Shown one piece after another: positions 32,683 through 43,280 of a DNA stretch of 64,000 nucleotides (position 1 is its first letter; every line of letters begins with the position of its first letter). The notes below the pieces were generated by a model, which saw nothing but the letters and a program-made list of their open reading frames with translations, searched no databases and was not told where the DNA came from. The stretch comes from Armatimonadota bacterium (GTDB taxonomy: Bacteria > Armatimonadota > UBA5829 > DTLH01). The stretch spans positions 15,985 to 79,984 of the forward strand of contig JBDKSP010000011.1 in NCBI GenBank assembly GCA_039680575.1. The letters run 5' to 3'. The position numbers and the translations under genes are program-made.

Positions 32683-32776
32683 TAAGCTCGATATAAGCTG
32701 ATATTAATATACTGGAGCCACAATGGAGTGAAAAGAGCCATGTGGCTCCCTTTGTGTCTTAGGAAGACTAAAATCA

Positions 32777-34192
32777 ATGAGAAAAACAAAGATCGTTTGC
32801 ACAATCGGACCTGCGTGCTCATCTGAAGAGTGCGTAAAGAACCTGATCAAGGCTGGTATGAACGTCGCACGGCTAAACTTCTCGCATGGGACGCAGGAGG
32901 AACATGCCGAACGGATAGAGATGATACGTTCTCTTTCAGCATCGCTCGGCCAGCCAGTGGGGATATTGCAGGATTTGTCAGGTCCGAAGATCAGGCTGGG
33001 AATGATTGCCGCAAAATGCGTTAATCTTGTAGAAGGCCGGAAATTCGTATTTACGACCCGGGAGGTTGCAGGCAGCGAAAAAGAAGTCACGCTTCCTTAC
33101 CCGGAGTTTGTTGAGCAGGTAAAAAAGGGCAGCACGATCTTTGTTGATGACGCGCGGCTACAGTTCAGGGTTATCTCGAAAACTGATACAGACATAGTCA
33201 CGAAAGTGGTGATAGGCGGAGAGCTGAGTTCCAGAAAAGGCGTAAGCGTTCCGGGTACCAGACTCTGCGCGGCTCCGCTCACCGAAAAGGACATATCCGA
33301 TCTCGAGTTCGGACTGAAGCATGGCGTGGACTGGGTGGCTGTATCTTTCGTTCGGACCCCGAATGACAGAGCCGCAGCGGATGAAGTGATGAAACGGGTT
33401 GGGATCAAAAGGCCGCTTATAGCGAAGATAGAGCGTCCTGAAGCAGTAGCTGCTATTGATGAGATTATCGATGCATTTGATGGGATAATGGTCGCGCGAG
33501 GCGATCTGGGCATAGAGCTTGCTATTTATGATGTCCCGATCATTCAGAAATCGATTATCAAGAAGTGCAATGCAGCAGGAAAACCTGTAATTACCGCAAC
33601 GCAGATGCTGGACTCCATGATATCCAACCCCAGGCCAACGAGGGCTGAAGCATCGGATGTCGCCAATGCAATCCTCGACGGTACAGACGCGACAATGCTC
33701 TCAGGGGAGACAGCGGCTGGTGATTATCCTGTAGAATCGGTCAGAATGATGGCAAGAATCGCAAGGCGCGCAGAGCGGTCGATCTCCTATACCGAAGAAC
33801 TGAGGGAAAGGACTGCTATGCCGGCCAGGAGTGTGACTGAGGCGATAGGTCAGGCAAGCGCCGAACTTGCTGCAGACCTCAAGGTAGCTGCGGTAGTTAC
33901 CTGTACTGCTACAGGGACAACCGCGCGGCTTGTATCCAAATACAGGCCTTCTTCTCTGATCGTGGCCGCTGTATCGAGGCCTGAAGCCGTTGGACAGTTG
34001 ACGCTTTCGTGGGGTGTTTTGCCGCTGCCTGTTCCCGCATCGAATAGCACAGACGATCTCATCTATGTAGCGGTGAGGTCTGCGAGAAAAGCCGGATATG
34101 TCCGCCCTGGGGATACGGTAGTCGTGACCGCAGGAGTACCTGTAGGGGTTCCCGGCAATACGAGCTTAATACGTGTGATAAGTGTGGAGTAA
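32777..34192 (+). CDS. pyk: Pyruvate kinase
   Basis: KTKIVCTIGP, ARLNFSHG, MVARGDLG, ATQMLDSM, MLSGETA. Confidence 0.99.
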   Translation: MRKTKIVCTIGPACSSEECVKNLIKAGMNVARLNFSHGTQEEHAERIEMIRSLSASLGQPVGILQDLSGPKIRLGMIAAKCVNLVEGRKFVFTTREVAGSEKEVTLPYPEFVEQVKKGSTIFVDDARLQFRVISKTDTDIVTKVVIGGELSSRKGVSVPGTRLCAAPLTEKDISDLEFGLKHGVDWVAVSFVRTPNDRAAADEVMKRVGIKRPLIAKIERPEAVAAIDEIIDAFDGIMVARGDLGIELAIYDVPIIQKSIIKKCNAAGKPVITATQMLDSMISNPRPTRAEASDVANAILDGTDATMLSGETAAGDYPVESVRMMARIARRAERSISYTEELRERTAMPARSVTEAIGQASAELAADLKVAAVVTCTATGTTARLVSKYRPSSLIVAAVSRPEAVGQLTLSWGVLPLPVPASNSTDDLIYVAVRSARKAGYVRPGDTVVVTAGVPVGVPGNTSLIRVISVE

Positions 34193-34324
34193 TACGCCTG
34201 TTTGCTTCCAATGGCTTAGTGAGTTGTGTTATAAAGAAGCTGTGCGTAATGAGTTTTATGTGAAAACTGAAACTTTCCCGGAAGATTATCGGCAACAACC
34301 GGCAAATGATCAGTTGCCGGCAGC

Positions 34325-34378
34325 GCCGAGGGGTCTAGTAGGAGGAAGCTAGCCGAGGGGTCTATTAGGAGGAAGCTA
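34325..34378 (+). repeat. Tandem 27-bp duplication containing the RBS of the SLBB gene
   Basis: GCCGAGGGGTCTAGTAGGAGGAAGCTA then GCCGAGGGGTCTATTAGGAGGAAGCTA (1 mismatch). Confidence 0.95.
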
Positions 34379-35274
34379 TGAGACGTGTTTCCAGCCATAT
34401 ATCATATTTGATCGTTATAACGGCTATGCTGGCGGTTTTTCTGACTATGCTGTCGATATCTGCATCTGCTCAGCAATCATCAAGCCGGATTTTTGTCCTG
34501 GGTTCTGTTAACAAACCGGGTGAATATCCTTTTAGCGCCGGAATGACGGTAAAAGACGCAATAGAGCTTGCAGGCGGACTCCTGAACAACTACGAAAAAA
34601 CATCCGCAGTGCTTGTGAGTGAAAAGAACGATAGGACTGCCATCAATTTGCAGGCAGTCTTGTCTGGTACAGAGATCGTTACGCTTTCGGCGGGTGATAC
34701 GGTCATAGTCAGGCCTGCCAGCATACGCGTCGAAGGCCGCGTGAAGGTTCCGGGTGAGTTCAACCTGAAACGTGGGATGACGGCATCTGATGCGCTGACG
34801 CTTGCGGGCGGAGTCGATGAGAACGGGGCACGTGAAGCGACCTATGTCACAAGAAACAGCAAAAAGATCAGCGCCAACCTCGATAAGCTGTCGTCAGCAC
34901 TTCCTCTGGAACCGGATGATGTTGTGACTGTCCCGGAATATCAGGCATCGGTAACAGGCGAGATAAATCAGCCTGGTACATATAGCCTCGTACCAGGGAA
35001 AACTGCTAACCTCGATGCGCTGATACAGGCAGCGGGCGGAATTACCGCTAAGGCTGACCTGAAAAAAGTCCGAATATCGCCGCTTGAAGGGATCGACCGG
35101 CCTACCCGCATCGTCGATGTGTCCAACGTGAGTGTGAGGCAGGCGACAAAAGTCGAATGTGGAGATGTTGCATTCATCCCGCAAGCACAGATACATCAAA
35201 AGCGAAAGATGTCGCTGGGTAATGCTACGCAGATCACATTGATGATTTATACGCTGCTTCAGATATTTAAATAA
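34378..35274 (+). CDS. SLBB-repeat protein (Wza/KpsD-like polysaccharide export family)
   Basis: Signal peptide; three V.G.V..PG.Y...AGG SLBB repeats; C-terminal amphipathic helix. Confidence 0.8.
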   Translation: MRRVSSHISYLIVITAMLAVFLTMLSISASAQQSSSRIFVLGSVNKPGEYPFSAGMTVKDAIELAGGLLNNYEKTSAVLVSEKNDRTAINLQAVLSGTEIVTLSAGDTVIVRPASIRVEGRVKVPGEFNLKRGMTASDALTLAGGVDENGAREATYVTRNSKKISANLDKLSSALPLEPDDVVTVPEYQASVTGEINQPGTYSLVPGKTANLDALIQAAGGITAKADLKKVRISPLEGIDRPTRIVDVSNVSVRQATKVECGDVAFIPQAQIHQKRKMSLGNATQITLMIYTLLQIFK

Positions 35275-35739
35275 TCACAGTCCCCCGCCAGTATCCTGAG
35301 GTTCTGCATAGGTGTCTGATGAGTTCGGACGGACCGGGTCGGATACGACATGCGGTTTGCGGTTGTTATTGTTTGGCACGGGGCGGTTGTAACCCGAATT
35401 CCGAGGGTTTTGGTTTTGAGGCGGCACTGGTTGCAGCTGTACAGGCGCTGTCTGTTGCCGTGATGTTGGGGCAGCCTGGTTGGCCTGCTGTGGCGATTCT
35501 CTCATAAAGAGCATCCAGTAAGCTATAGCGAATATGATTAAAGTCGCCACGGAGATTATGGCGATCATCATCTTTTGGTCTTTTTCCTGGGTTTTTTGCT
35601 TCTGGTCGCGTGCCTTGTCGTCAGCCTTCCGCCGCTTGGCGTGTTCGGTTGCTTCCATTACGTCCTTCAGCAGGTCTTTGTTGATTAGGCTATCGCCATC
35701 GTCTAGCTGATTCAGGTCCAGACGCTTGTCATTTGCCAT
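35275..35739 (-). CDS. Hypothetical single-pass membrane protein with Pro/Gln/Asn-rich tail
   Basis: GAGG RBS, one TM helix, low-complexity C-terminus. Confidence 0.65.
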   Translation of the reverse strand: MANDKRLDLNQLDDGDSLINKDLLKDVMEATEHAKRRKADDKARDQKQKTQEKDQKMMIAIISVATLIIFAIAYWMLFMRESPQQANQAAPTSRQQTAPVQLQPVPPQNQNPRNSGYNRPVPNNNNRKPHVVSDPVRPNSSDTYAEPQDTGGGL

Positions 35740-35905
35740 TTATTTTCGCCTCACATAAAGCTTTGTATTTATATTACCCATGCTACCATTGCATGACATA
35801 AGGTTCAACCCCTAATTTGGATTATATGGCGTGGGTAACGGTTGCTGGATATGCGCAGGAGTGATATAATTTCTCGATTCCGAAGTATGAACGGAGAACC
35901 GAAAT

Positions 35906-36196
35906 TTGAAGCTGACAAGGGAAGAAGTAACCCAGATAGCGTTCCTTGCGAGGCTCGAACTGAGCGATCAGGAAGCGGATAACCTAGGCGGTCATTTGAA
36001 CAGGCTCCTCGAAAACTTTGAAAAGTTGAAAGAGATCGATACGGAAGATGTGGAGCCGACTTCTCATACAATCCCGGTGCATAATGTGCTCCGAAAGGAT
36101 GTTTCCCGTCCTTCGCTTCCCCCGGAAGAGGTTTTGGCCAACGCCCCGGAACGCGCTGATGATACATTTGAAGTTCCAAGGATAGTGGAGACGTAG
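35906..36196 (+). CDS. gatC: Asp/Glu-tRNA amidotransferase subunit C
   Basis: IAFLARLEL, DTEDVEPTSH, LANAPE...F.VPRI. Confidence 0.96.
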   Translation: MKLTREEVTQIAFLARLELSDQEADNLGGHLNRLLENFEKLKEIDTEDVEPTSHTIPVHNVLRKDVSRPSLPPEEVLANAPERADDTFEVPRIVET

Positions 36197-36199
36197 GAT

Positions 36200-37666
36200 A
36201 TGGTAGACGGACTGTATAAACTGACGGCTCATGAGCTTCACGACCTCATCCGTACCAGGCAGGTGACCGCAAAAGAAGTCACAGAGTCTGTCTTGGCGCG
36301 GGTAGGGGACGTGGATGACCGCGTAAAGTCCTACGTCACCGTAACCGGCGAGCTTGCGCTTGCCCAGGCGGATGCCGTGGACGCCAGAGTCGCGGCCGGA
36401 GAAAAAATATCTCCGCTTGCGGGCATTCCATTTGCACTGAAAGACAATATGAGCACCCGTGGTATCCTTACCACCTGCTCATCGAAGATTTTATATAACT
36501 ATAAGCCGGTCTACGACGCTACTGTCGTGGAGCGTATAGCAGGCGCGGGCGGTATAACAGTCGGTAAGACGAACCTGGATGAGTTCGCTATGGGGTCATC
36601 CACAGAAAACTCCGCGTTATTTACATCGAAGAACCCGTGGGACCTAGATACGGTCCCTGGTGGGTCGAGCGGCGGGTCATCTGCAGCGGTCGCGGCGGAT
36701 GAAGCCGTTATAGCGTTCGGTTCCGACACCGGCGGCTCAATCAGGCAGCCTGCGTCGTTCTGCGGCGTGGTCGGGATGAAGCCGACATATGGCCGGGTGT
36801 CTCGCTACGGGCTTATCGCCTTTGCGTCGTCGCTCGATCAGATAGGTCCCATCACCAAAGATGTCACGGACTGCGCTCTTGCTATGAATGTGATATGCGG
36901 GCACGATTCCTGTGACTCGACATCGCTCGATGTGCCTGTCCCGGACTTCACCAAGTCGCTTGTGCCGGATGTGAAGGGCGTCAAGATCGGTATTCCTGAG
37001 GAGTTCTTTGCTCAGGGAGTGACGCCAGAGGTTTCGGATGCCGTTATGAAGGCTGTCGAGGTCCTTAAGGGGCTTGGAGCCGAGTACAAAGAAACCTCGA
37101 TGCCGATGGTCGAGTACGGCCTGCCGACATACTATATAATCGCTCCGGCTGAGGCCAGTTCCAACCTTGCGAGGTATGATGGCGTCCGCTTTGGTCTTAG
37201 AAGCGATGACAGCCCGGACCCGATCACGATGTTCAGAAAGACCCGCGAGGCCGGTTTCGGACCTGAAGTCAAACAGCGGATTATGATCGGCACGTATGCC
37301 CTTTCTGCGGGCTATTATGATGCCTATTACCTCAAAGCTCAGAAGGTGCGGACGCTGATCCGCCAGAGCTTCGAGAGACTGTTCGAGGAGTTCGATGTAT
37401 TGATAGCGCCGACCTCACCGACCGTAGCATTCGGCATCGGAGAGCGTGCCGCGGACCCGTTCAGCATGAAACTTGCGGATATTCTGACGATTCCGGCTAA
37501 CATGGCGGGAATCCCAGCTATTTCAGTCCCGTGCGGGTTCCATAACGGCCTGCCTATTGGCCTGCAGATCATCGGAAAATCACTCGATGAAGAAACGATC
37601 ATTCGCGTAGCCTATGCATTCGAGCAAGCAACCGACTATCATCGGCAGAAGCCGAATTTGATGTAA
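36200..37666 (+). CDS. gatA: Asp/Glu-tRNA amidotransferase subunit A
   Basis: [44 protein letters not shown]. Confidence 0.98.
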   Translation: MVDGLYKLTAHELHDLIRTRQVTAKEVTESVLARVGDVDDRVKSYVTVTGELALAQADAVDARVAAGEKISPLAGIPFALKDNMSTRGILTTCSSKILYNYKPVYDATVVERIAGAGGITVGKTNLDEFAMGSSTENSALFTSKNPWDLDTVPGGSSGGSSAAVAADEAVIAFGSDTGGSIRQPASFCGVVGMKPTYGRVSRYGLIAFASSLDQIGPITKDVTDCALAMNVICGHDSCDSTSLDVPVPDFTKSLVPDVKGVKIGIPEEFFAQGVTPEVSDAVMKAVEVLKGLGAEYKETSMPMVEYGLPTYYIIAPAEASSNLARYDGVRFGLRSDDSPDPITMFRKTREAGFGPEVKQRIMIGTYALSAGYYDAYYLKAQKVRTLIRQSFERLFEEFDVLIAPTSPTVAFGIGERAADPFSMKLADILTIPANMAGIPAISVPCGFHNGLPIGLQIIGKSLDEETIIRVAYAFEQATDYHRQKPNLM

Positions 37667-37684
37667 GATGTAAGGATGTAAGAT

Positions 37685-37946
37685 GAATGGTGCAAATCTG
37701 CACCATTCTCATCCCTAAATCCTGAATTGATGGTGCGCGGTTTGCAACCGTGCATTTGAAAGAATCCCGCCATTTGTAATGGCTTTTTCTGGATTATAAA
37801 TCCAGATGTTCTTTTTCGGACGCGATTGCAAATCGCATCCGATCAAAGGCGATTTAATATGCTTCGGGACCGCTTTTCGTCCCGAAGCGCGAGTCTCCAC
37901 TAATCCGATAAGTTGGCTTCGGTGCAAAATACGCGCGCTGAAGCAT
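37685..37946. repeat. Cluster of REP-like palindromes in the gatA-gatB intergenic region
   Basis: GAATGGTGCAAATCTGCACCATTC, CGGACGCGATTGCAAATCGCATCCG, GCTTCGGGAC..GTCCCGAAGC, GCTTCGGTGC..GCTGAAGC. Confidence 0.7.
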
Positions 37947-37987
37947 CACTGAATCCTGAATCTTATCCTAAGTTGAGTAGATAACAA

Positions 37988-39439
37988 ATGATTGAGTACG
38001 AGCCTGTAATCGGTATGGAAGTCCATGCGGAACTCTTGACGGAGAGCAAGATGTTCTGCGGGTGCAAGGTAGCATTCGGCGGAGAGCCGAACACAAGGTG
38101 CTGCCCGGTCTGCATCGGCCTGCCGGGGTCGCTTCCGGTAATGAACGAGCGTGCGGTGCATTTTGTCGCCCGAACAGCGCTTGCGCTGAACTGCAAGATA
38201 TCCGAGCACAGTATATTCCACCGGAAGAACTACTTCTACCCGGACCTCCCGAAGGGTTATCAGATTTCGCAATATGGGGAAACTCCTATCGGTATTGGTG
38301 GGTATGTCGAGATCAACGTGAACGGCAAGACCAAGCGGATCGGTATCAAGCGGGTGCACCTCGAAGAAGATACCGGTAAGCTCTTTCATGTAGAAGGCGA
38401 TAAGAGCCAGATAGACTACAACAGAAGCGGCGTTCCGCTGATGGAGATCGTTACCGAGCACGACCCCGCCAAGGGGTTCGACCAGATCAACTCCGCCGAA
38501 GAAGCGCGTGAGTATCTAGTCAGGTTACGCTCGATTATAATTTATCTCGGAGTCTCGGACGGCAAAATGGAGGAGGGAAGTATGCGGTGCGAGCCGAATA
38601 TCTCCATAAGGCCGAAAGGGAGCAGTGAGTTCGGGACAAGAACAGAGATCAAGAACCTGAACAGCTTCAAAGCCGTCTATGGCGGCGTGCAGTATGAAGT
38701 CGAGCGGCAGGCGAAGATCCTTAATCGCGGCGGGACAGTTGTCCACGAGACCCGAAGGTGGGATGATTCCCGTGGAGTGACAGCTGTGATGCGCAGCAAG
38801 GAGATGGAACAGGAGTATCGTTATTTCCCGGAACCGGACCTTGTGCCGCTCCAGTTCGATCCTGCATGGATAGAGGAGCAGAGAAAGCTTCTGCCGGAGC
38901 TTCCGCAAGAGAAAAAACGCCGGTTTGTCGAGCAGTTCGGGATACCCGATGCCGATGCCGAGGTACTGACGGACTCGAAAGCCCTGGCTGCGTTCTATGA
39001 GACGGCTGTTCAGGACTACCATGACCCGAAAGTTGTCGCAAACTGGGTTATGGGTGATTTCCTGAGGATGCTTAACGCAGCCGGTTTGGATGCCGACCAG
39101 TCGAAGATCGCTCCAGAGCATATTGTAGAGATGCTGAAACTCATAGACAACGGGACGATCAGCGGAAAGATAGCGAAAACCGTCTTTGCTGATATGTTCG
39201 AGACAGGAAAACGTCCTGAAGAGATCGTCAAAGAAAAGGGACTTGTCCAGATAACCGATGAGAGCGCTATCGAAACTGCAGTAGACCAGGTGTTGAAAGA
39301 TAACCCTGCCGAAGTCGAAAAATACCGTGCCGGAAAGCAGGAGTTGATGGGGTTCTTCGTCGGCCAGGTGATGCGTTCTACCAGAGGGAAGGCGAACCCG
39401 GGCACAGTCAATAAATTGCTTAAAGAAAAACTCGCATAA
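37988..39439 (+). CDS. gatB: Asp/Glu-tRNA amidotransferase subunit B
   Basis: [43 protein letters not shown]. Confidence 0.98.
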   Translation: MIEYEPVIGMEVHAELLTESKMFCGCKVAFGGEPNTRCCPVCIGLPGSLPVMNERAVHFVARTALALNCKISEHSIFHRKNYFYPDLPKGYQISQYGETPIGIGGYVEINVNGKTKRIGIKRVHLEEDTGKLFHVEGDKSQIDYNRSGVPLMEIVTEHDPAKGFDQINSAEEAREYLVRLRSIIIYLGVSDGKMEEGSMRCEPNISIRPKGSSEFGTRTEIKNLNSFKAVYGGVQYEVERQAKILNRGGTVVHETRRWDDSRGVTAVMRSKEMEQEYRYFPEPDLVPLQFDPAWIEEQRKLLPELPQEKKRRFVEQFGIPDADAEVLTDSKALAAFYETAVQDYHDPKVVANWVMGDFLRMLNAAGLDADQSKIAPEHIVEMLKLIDNGTISGKIAKTVFADMFETGKRPEEIVKEKGLVQITDESAIETAVDQVLKDNPAEVEKYRAGKQELMGFFVGQVMRSTRGKANPGTVNKLLKEKLA

Positions 39440-39518
39440 TATTCTGGACATAGCACGGAACGGATTGTGTTCAGCTGCAAAATACAGGGAAGATTTGCTT
39501 TATTGGATGAGGTGTTGA

Positions 39519-40355
39519 ATGGAATCGATAGGTGAAGCACTTAAAGCTCGACGGGCCGAAAAAGGGTTCAGCCTTAAGGATGTTTTTGAAGCGACCAAGA
39601 TAACCATGCAGAACCTTGCTGCTCTTGAGGAAAATCGCTTCGATGCGTTCGCCAACAAGGTCTACGCAAGGGCTTTTTTAAGGGATTATGCTAATTTTCT
39701 GGGGTTGGACAGCACTGAGATGCTGCAGAACTATGAATCGGAATGGGTGACATCTACTCCTGTGCCGGTGGTTCAGAAGAAACGTTCGCCTGTCGCGGCG
39801 GTTATAATCGTCGTATTACTGCTTGCGGGGCTTGGTGCCGGAGCTTATTACTATTATCCAAAATATGTAAATTCGATGGATAAGAAACCTGCCGCCACGC
39901 CGGTTACGCAGAAACCTGAACCTAAACCAGATGTGAAGCCAACACCTGTAACTGCTCCGAATGGCACAGCCGCTAAACCTAAACCTGGAAACAACCAGGT
40001 CAACCCGGCTGTTCCTGTTGCAAACGGTGCAATTCCAACCAGCCAGCCAGGGAAACCTGCAGCTAATGGCACTGATAAACCTGCCCAGCCTGCCAAGAAA
40101 CCGGCTCCCGCTGTGCTACCGGGCCAGGTAAGAGTAGAGTTGACGGCGCGCCAGGATGTATGGGTTCACATCAAGACTGATGGTGAGACGGCGATTATCA
40201 AGACATTGAAAGCCGGAGAGAAGGCAGCTGTCGCAGGCAAGGTCGTCTCCGTAAGAGCCGGAAGCTCGGGCGCGCTCGATGTAACCGTGAATGGAAAGAA
40301 ACTTGGCAAGTTCGGTCCTGCTGGCCAACCGACGACCAGAACGTTCAAGCCTTAG
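39519..40355 (+). CDS. rodZ: RodZ-like protein (HTH_25 + TM + Pro-rich linker + DUF4115)
   Basis: IGE.LK..R, ALEE, VYARAFLRDYA.FLGLD, single TM, C-terminal beta domain (VRAG..GAL.V.VNGK). Confidence 0.85.
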   Translation: MESIGEALKARRAEKGFSLKDVFEATKITMQNLAALEENRFDAFANKVYARAFLRDYANFLGLDSTEMLQNYESEWVTSTPVPVVQKKRSPVAAVIIVVLLLAGLGAGAYYYYPKYVNSMDKKPAATPVTQKPEPKPDVKPTPVTAPNGTAAKPKPGNNQVNPAVPVANGAIPTSQPGKPAANGTDKPAQPAKKPAPAVLPGQVRVELTARQDVWVHIKTDGETAIIKTLKAGEKAAVAGKVVSVRAGSSGALDVTVNGKKLGKFGPAGQPTTRTFKP

Positions 40356-40378
40356 TTTAGAGAAATAGAAATAGGATT

Positions 40379-40413
40379 AAGGGGAATGGTGGAGATTTCC
40401 GCCATTCCCTTTT
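40379..40413 (+). terminator. Intrinsic terminator-like hairpin after rodZ
   Basis: GGGAATGGTGGA-GAT-TTCCGCCATTCCC followed by a T-run. Confidence 0.65.
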
Positions 40414-40596
40414 CGCGTTTTTCGTGCTTCCTCGCGCATTTCGCGATTCAAAACTGACTGCTGTCCTCCGATGTTTAGCACTCATACCCCACGGGAAGAT
40501 AAAAAGAGGGCGAATGGCTTCGCGATACTTTGGTACGTGATGTTCAAGACGCTTGAAACGTCGTAAGCTCCTACCGATCTGAGGAGGGAAGTTGAA

Positions 40597-41205
40597 ATGG
40601 AAGATGAGATCCATGTTCAGCGAGAGGAAGAAGCCGGTCGAAGAGGTGGCGCCGCATCAGCGTATGCAGGCGCATATGCCCAGCCGGTTGAGCGTGGAAT
40701 TCTATTAAAAGATAGAGTTAGGTGGGCTTCGGTCTGGGGCGGTTATCTTGTAGCGTTCGCGCTCCAGCTCTGGCTTACTGTCCTTGGATTTGCCATTTTT
40801 GGTCAGGGGTTGGGTGCAGCAACAACTTCAGTGACGACAGGCCTGGTAATTTGGGCTGGAGTCGCAGCCCTGATTGCGCTTTTCGTAGGAGGACTCCTAG
40901 CAGCAAGGTTAGGTGGAATCGCTGGAACCGATAATGGCATATACAACGGCGTAGTGCTGTGGGGTCTGTCATTTGTTATCTTGATGGTCCTTGCATCGCT
41001 CGGCGCAGGAGGAGTGCTCGGCGCAATGCTTGGACAGACTGGTGGAGGCGCTCCAACAACACCTGGAGCAACATCGACAGCTCTTGGAACAGCTACGACA
41101 GGAGCGTGGTGGTTCTTCATTTTCCAGTTCCTGGCATTAGTAGCGGCAGCCGCAGGCGGTGCCCTTGGTGCTCGCCCGGCTCCAGAAGAGGAAGCAAGCC
41201 GGTAA
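40597..41205 (+). CDS. Hypothetical 4-TM Gly/Ala-rich membrane protein
   Basis: GAGGAGG RBS; RVRWASVWGG motif, four hydrophobic helices. Confidence 0.75.
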   Translation: MEDEIHVQREEEAGRRGGAASAYAGAYAQPVERGILLKDRVRWASVWGGYLVAFALQLWLTVLGFAIFGQGLGAATTSVTTGLVIWAGVAALIALFVGGLLAARLGGIAGTDNGIYNGVVLWGLSFVILMVLASLGAGGVLGAMLGQTGGGAPTTPGATSTALGTATTGAWWFFIFQFLALVAAAAGGALGARPAPEEEASR

Positions 41206-41236
41206 CAAATAATTATCCTGAATTGAACTTGGTTTA

Positions 41237-41267
41237 GGGGCGGATCTACAGGGTCCGCCCCTTTTTC
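41237..41267 (+). terminator. Intrinsic terminator
   Basis: GGGGCGGAT-CTACAG-GGTCCGCCCC followed by TTTTTT. Confidence 0.8.
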
Positions 41268-41407
41268 GATTCTACGGGTGAATAAGGAGTCAAACAAAAG
41301 GAAATAACCATCGGCACGGATAAGTGGTCTCAGGAACAAGAAGATAGCAAGTTGATCAGCAAGAGCGTTATCCATGGGGATCATGAATGACGCTGGTTAG
41401 GACGAAA

Positions 41408-42190
41408 ATGGCAATACTTATCAGTAATGACGATGGTATCCACTCAGAAGGGATACTTGCACTAAAAAATGCTCTTCAAGAGCTTGGCAGAGTAGTTGTA
41501 GTTGCCCCGGACAGGCCGAGAAGTGCCTCAGGACACTCGATAACGCTTCACAAACCGCTTCGGGTAGAGAAAGTGCGGATGCTCGACGGTGATTTCGGCT
41601 ATGCCACGAACGGGACGCCGTCGGACTGTGTCTCACTCGGTGTGCTGGATGTCGTAGGCGAAAAAGTCGACCTCGTCGTCTCAGGTATCAACCGCGGACC
41701 GAACCTAGGCTGGGACCTTACATACTCCGGAACCGTATCCGCTGCTATGGAAGGCGTTGTCATGGGCGTGCAGTCTTTTGCTATCTCGGTGGCGTCTTAC
41801 AAAGAGGATGCCGGATACGACTACGCCGCGAAGTTTGCTGTATTTATGGGTAAATTGCTTCTCGAAAACCCGCTTCCTGAAAGCGTGTTGCTCAGTGTAA
41901 ACGTACCGGGCATTCTCCCGGATGAAATCAGAGGGATAGAAGTCACCCGGCAGGGTAAAAGGCACTACGCGGGACGGATCGAAAAACGGACTGACCCTAT
42001 GGGGCGGGCTTACTACTGGCTCGGCGGCGATATGCCGCTTGATAACCTGGAAGAAGGCACCGATGTGAAAGCCATCGCGGATGATAAAGTCTCTGTTACG
42101 CCCATTCATCTTGATCTGACGGGGTATCCGGCGCTCGATATAGTGAAAGGGTGGGGCGTAGAGTCATTTAAATATCGAACAGGCAGTTGA
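41408..42190 (+). CDS. surE: 5'/3'-nucleotidase SurE
   Basis: [34 protein letters not shown]. Confidence 0.97.
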   Translation: MAILISNDDGIHSEGILALKNALQELGRVVVVAPDRPRSASGHSITLHKPLRVEKVRMLDGDFGYATNGTPSDCVSLGVLDVVGEKVDLVVSGINRGPNLGWDLTYSGTVSAAMEGVVMGVQSFAISVASYKEDAGYDYAAKFAVFMGKLLLENPLPESVLLSVNVPGILPDEIRGIEVTRQGKRHYAGRIEKRTDPMGRAYYWLGGDMPLDNLEEGTDVKAIADDKVSVTPIHLDLTGYPALDIVKGWGVESFKYRTGS

Positions 42191-42233
42191 TGTTATAAAT
42201 ATATCCACAGTTAATAACGGAGGAATTGGCAGG

Positions 42234-42968
42234 TTGGATAAAACAATTCGAGTAACGGTATGGAACGAGTTCCGGCACGAAAAGGACCTGAATGACAAGA
42301 CTTCGAAAGTGTATCCTGACGGGATACATACGGTTATCGCAAAGAATCTCAGCTCTCAACCCGGGTTTGTTGTGCAGACGGCGACACTGGATGAGCCGGA
42401 GCACGGGCTGACTGAGGAAGTGCTTAAAAACACGGACGTTTTGATCTGGTGGGCTCATATGGCGCATCATGAGGTCTCTGATGAGATCGTGGAGCGGGTT
42501 CATCAGCGGATTATTACAGACGGTATGGGGCTGATCGTCCTGCACTCAGGGCATTTTTCAAAAATATTCAAAAAACTGATGGGGACCGGATGCGACCTCA
42601 AGTGGCGCGAAGTAGGTGAAAAGGAACGGATTTGGGTCATCGACCGGGCACACCCGATAGCGGAAGGACTGCCGGACTATTTCGAGCTCCCCCAAACGGA
42701 GATGTACGGCGAGCCGTTCGGTATTCCCAGCCCCGACGAACTGGTTTTCATCAGTTGGTTCCAGGGTGGAGAGGTCTTCAGAAGCGGCTGCTGCTGGCAC
42801 AGAGGCATGGGCAAGGTTTTCTACTTCCGTCCGGGACATGAGACCTATCCGATCTTCTTCAATGAGACCGTGATGAAGGTCATCTCGAACGGTATCAAGT
42901 GGGCTGCCCCGACGTGCGGACCCGCGTTCATACAGGGCGAAAGAAAACCGCTTGAGAAGCTGGGCTGA
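42234..42968 (+). CDS. ThuA-like (trehalose utilisation) domain protein
   Basis: [37 protein letters not shown]. Confidence 0.9.
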   Translation: MDKTIRVTVWNEFRHEKDLNDKTSKVYPDGIHTVIAKNLSSQPGFVVQTATLDEPEHGLTEEVLKNTDVLIWWAHMAHHEVSDEIVERVHQRIITDGMGLIVLHSGHFSKIFKKLMGTGCDLKWREVGEKERIWVIDRAHPIAEGLPDYFELPQTEMYGEPFGIPSPDELVFISWFQGGEVFRSGCCWHRGMGKVFYFRPGHETYPIFFNETVMKVISNGIKWAAPTCGPAFIQGERKPLEKLG

Positions 42969-43076
42969 GATTTAGAACCGCGGAGACGCGGAATGAATGG
43001 AAGCGCGGATTTAGCGGATTTTGCGAATGGTGGAGATTTACGGCACCTAACCCTATGCTCCGGCATCGCAGTTCAT

Positions 43077-43147
43077 CTACCCCGTGGACCTACTGGACCA
43101 CGGGGGTATTAACCGTGGACCTACCGGACCACGGGGTAGAAGCACGA
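43077..43147. repeat. Tandem pair of imperfect palindromes CCGTGGACCTACYGGACCACGG (REP-like)
   Basis: Two copies seen directly, bracketed by CTACCCCGTGG...CCACGGGGTAG; third copy at 48674-48712. Confidence 0.85.
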
Positions 43148-43280
43148 GTCTCCCGGAAGGGCAAATGAGGCATCTCTGATGCCGGGTGATCGGTTGAGGT
43201 CGAATAACCGGGATCAGAGATCCCTATCCGGCCTATGCGGGCTGGATTGCAAATACGCCCGAGAAAAAGGAACAGGTTCA

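Noticed and set aside
37715..37927. 70-aa ORF between gatA and gatB
   Set aside because: Antisense translation of palindromic repeats; no RBS or domain signal
38525..39451. 308-aa antisense ORF (and similar shadow ORFs opposite mutS2, the flippase and the RND genes)
   Set aside because: Lie opposite well-conserved genes and have no recognisable motifs
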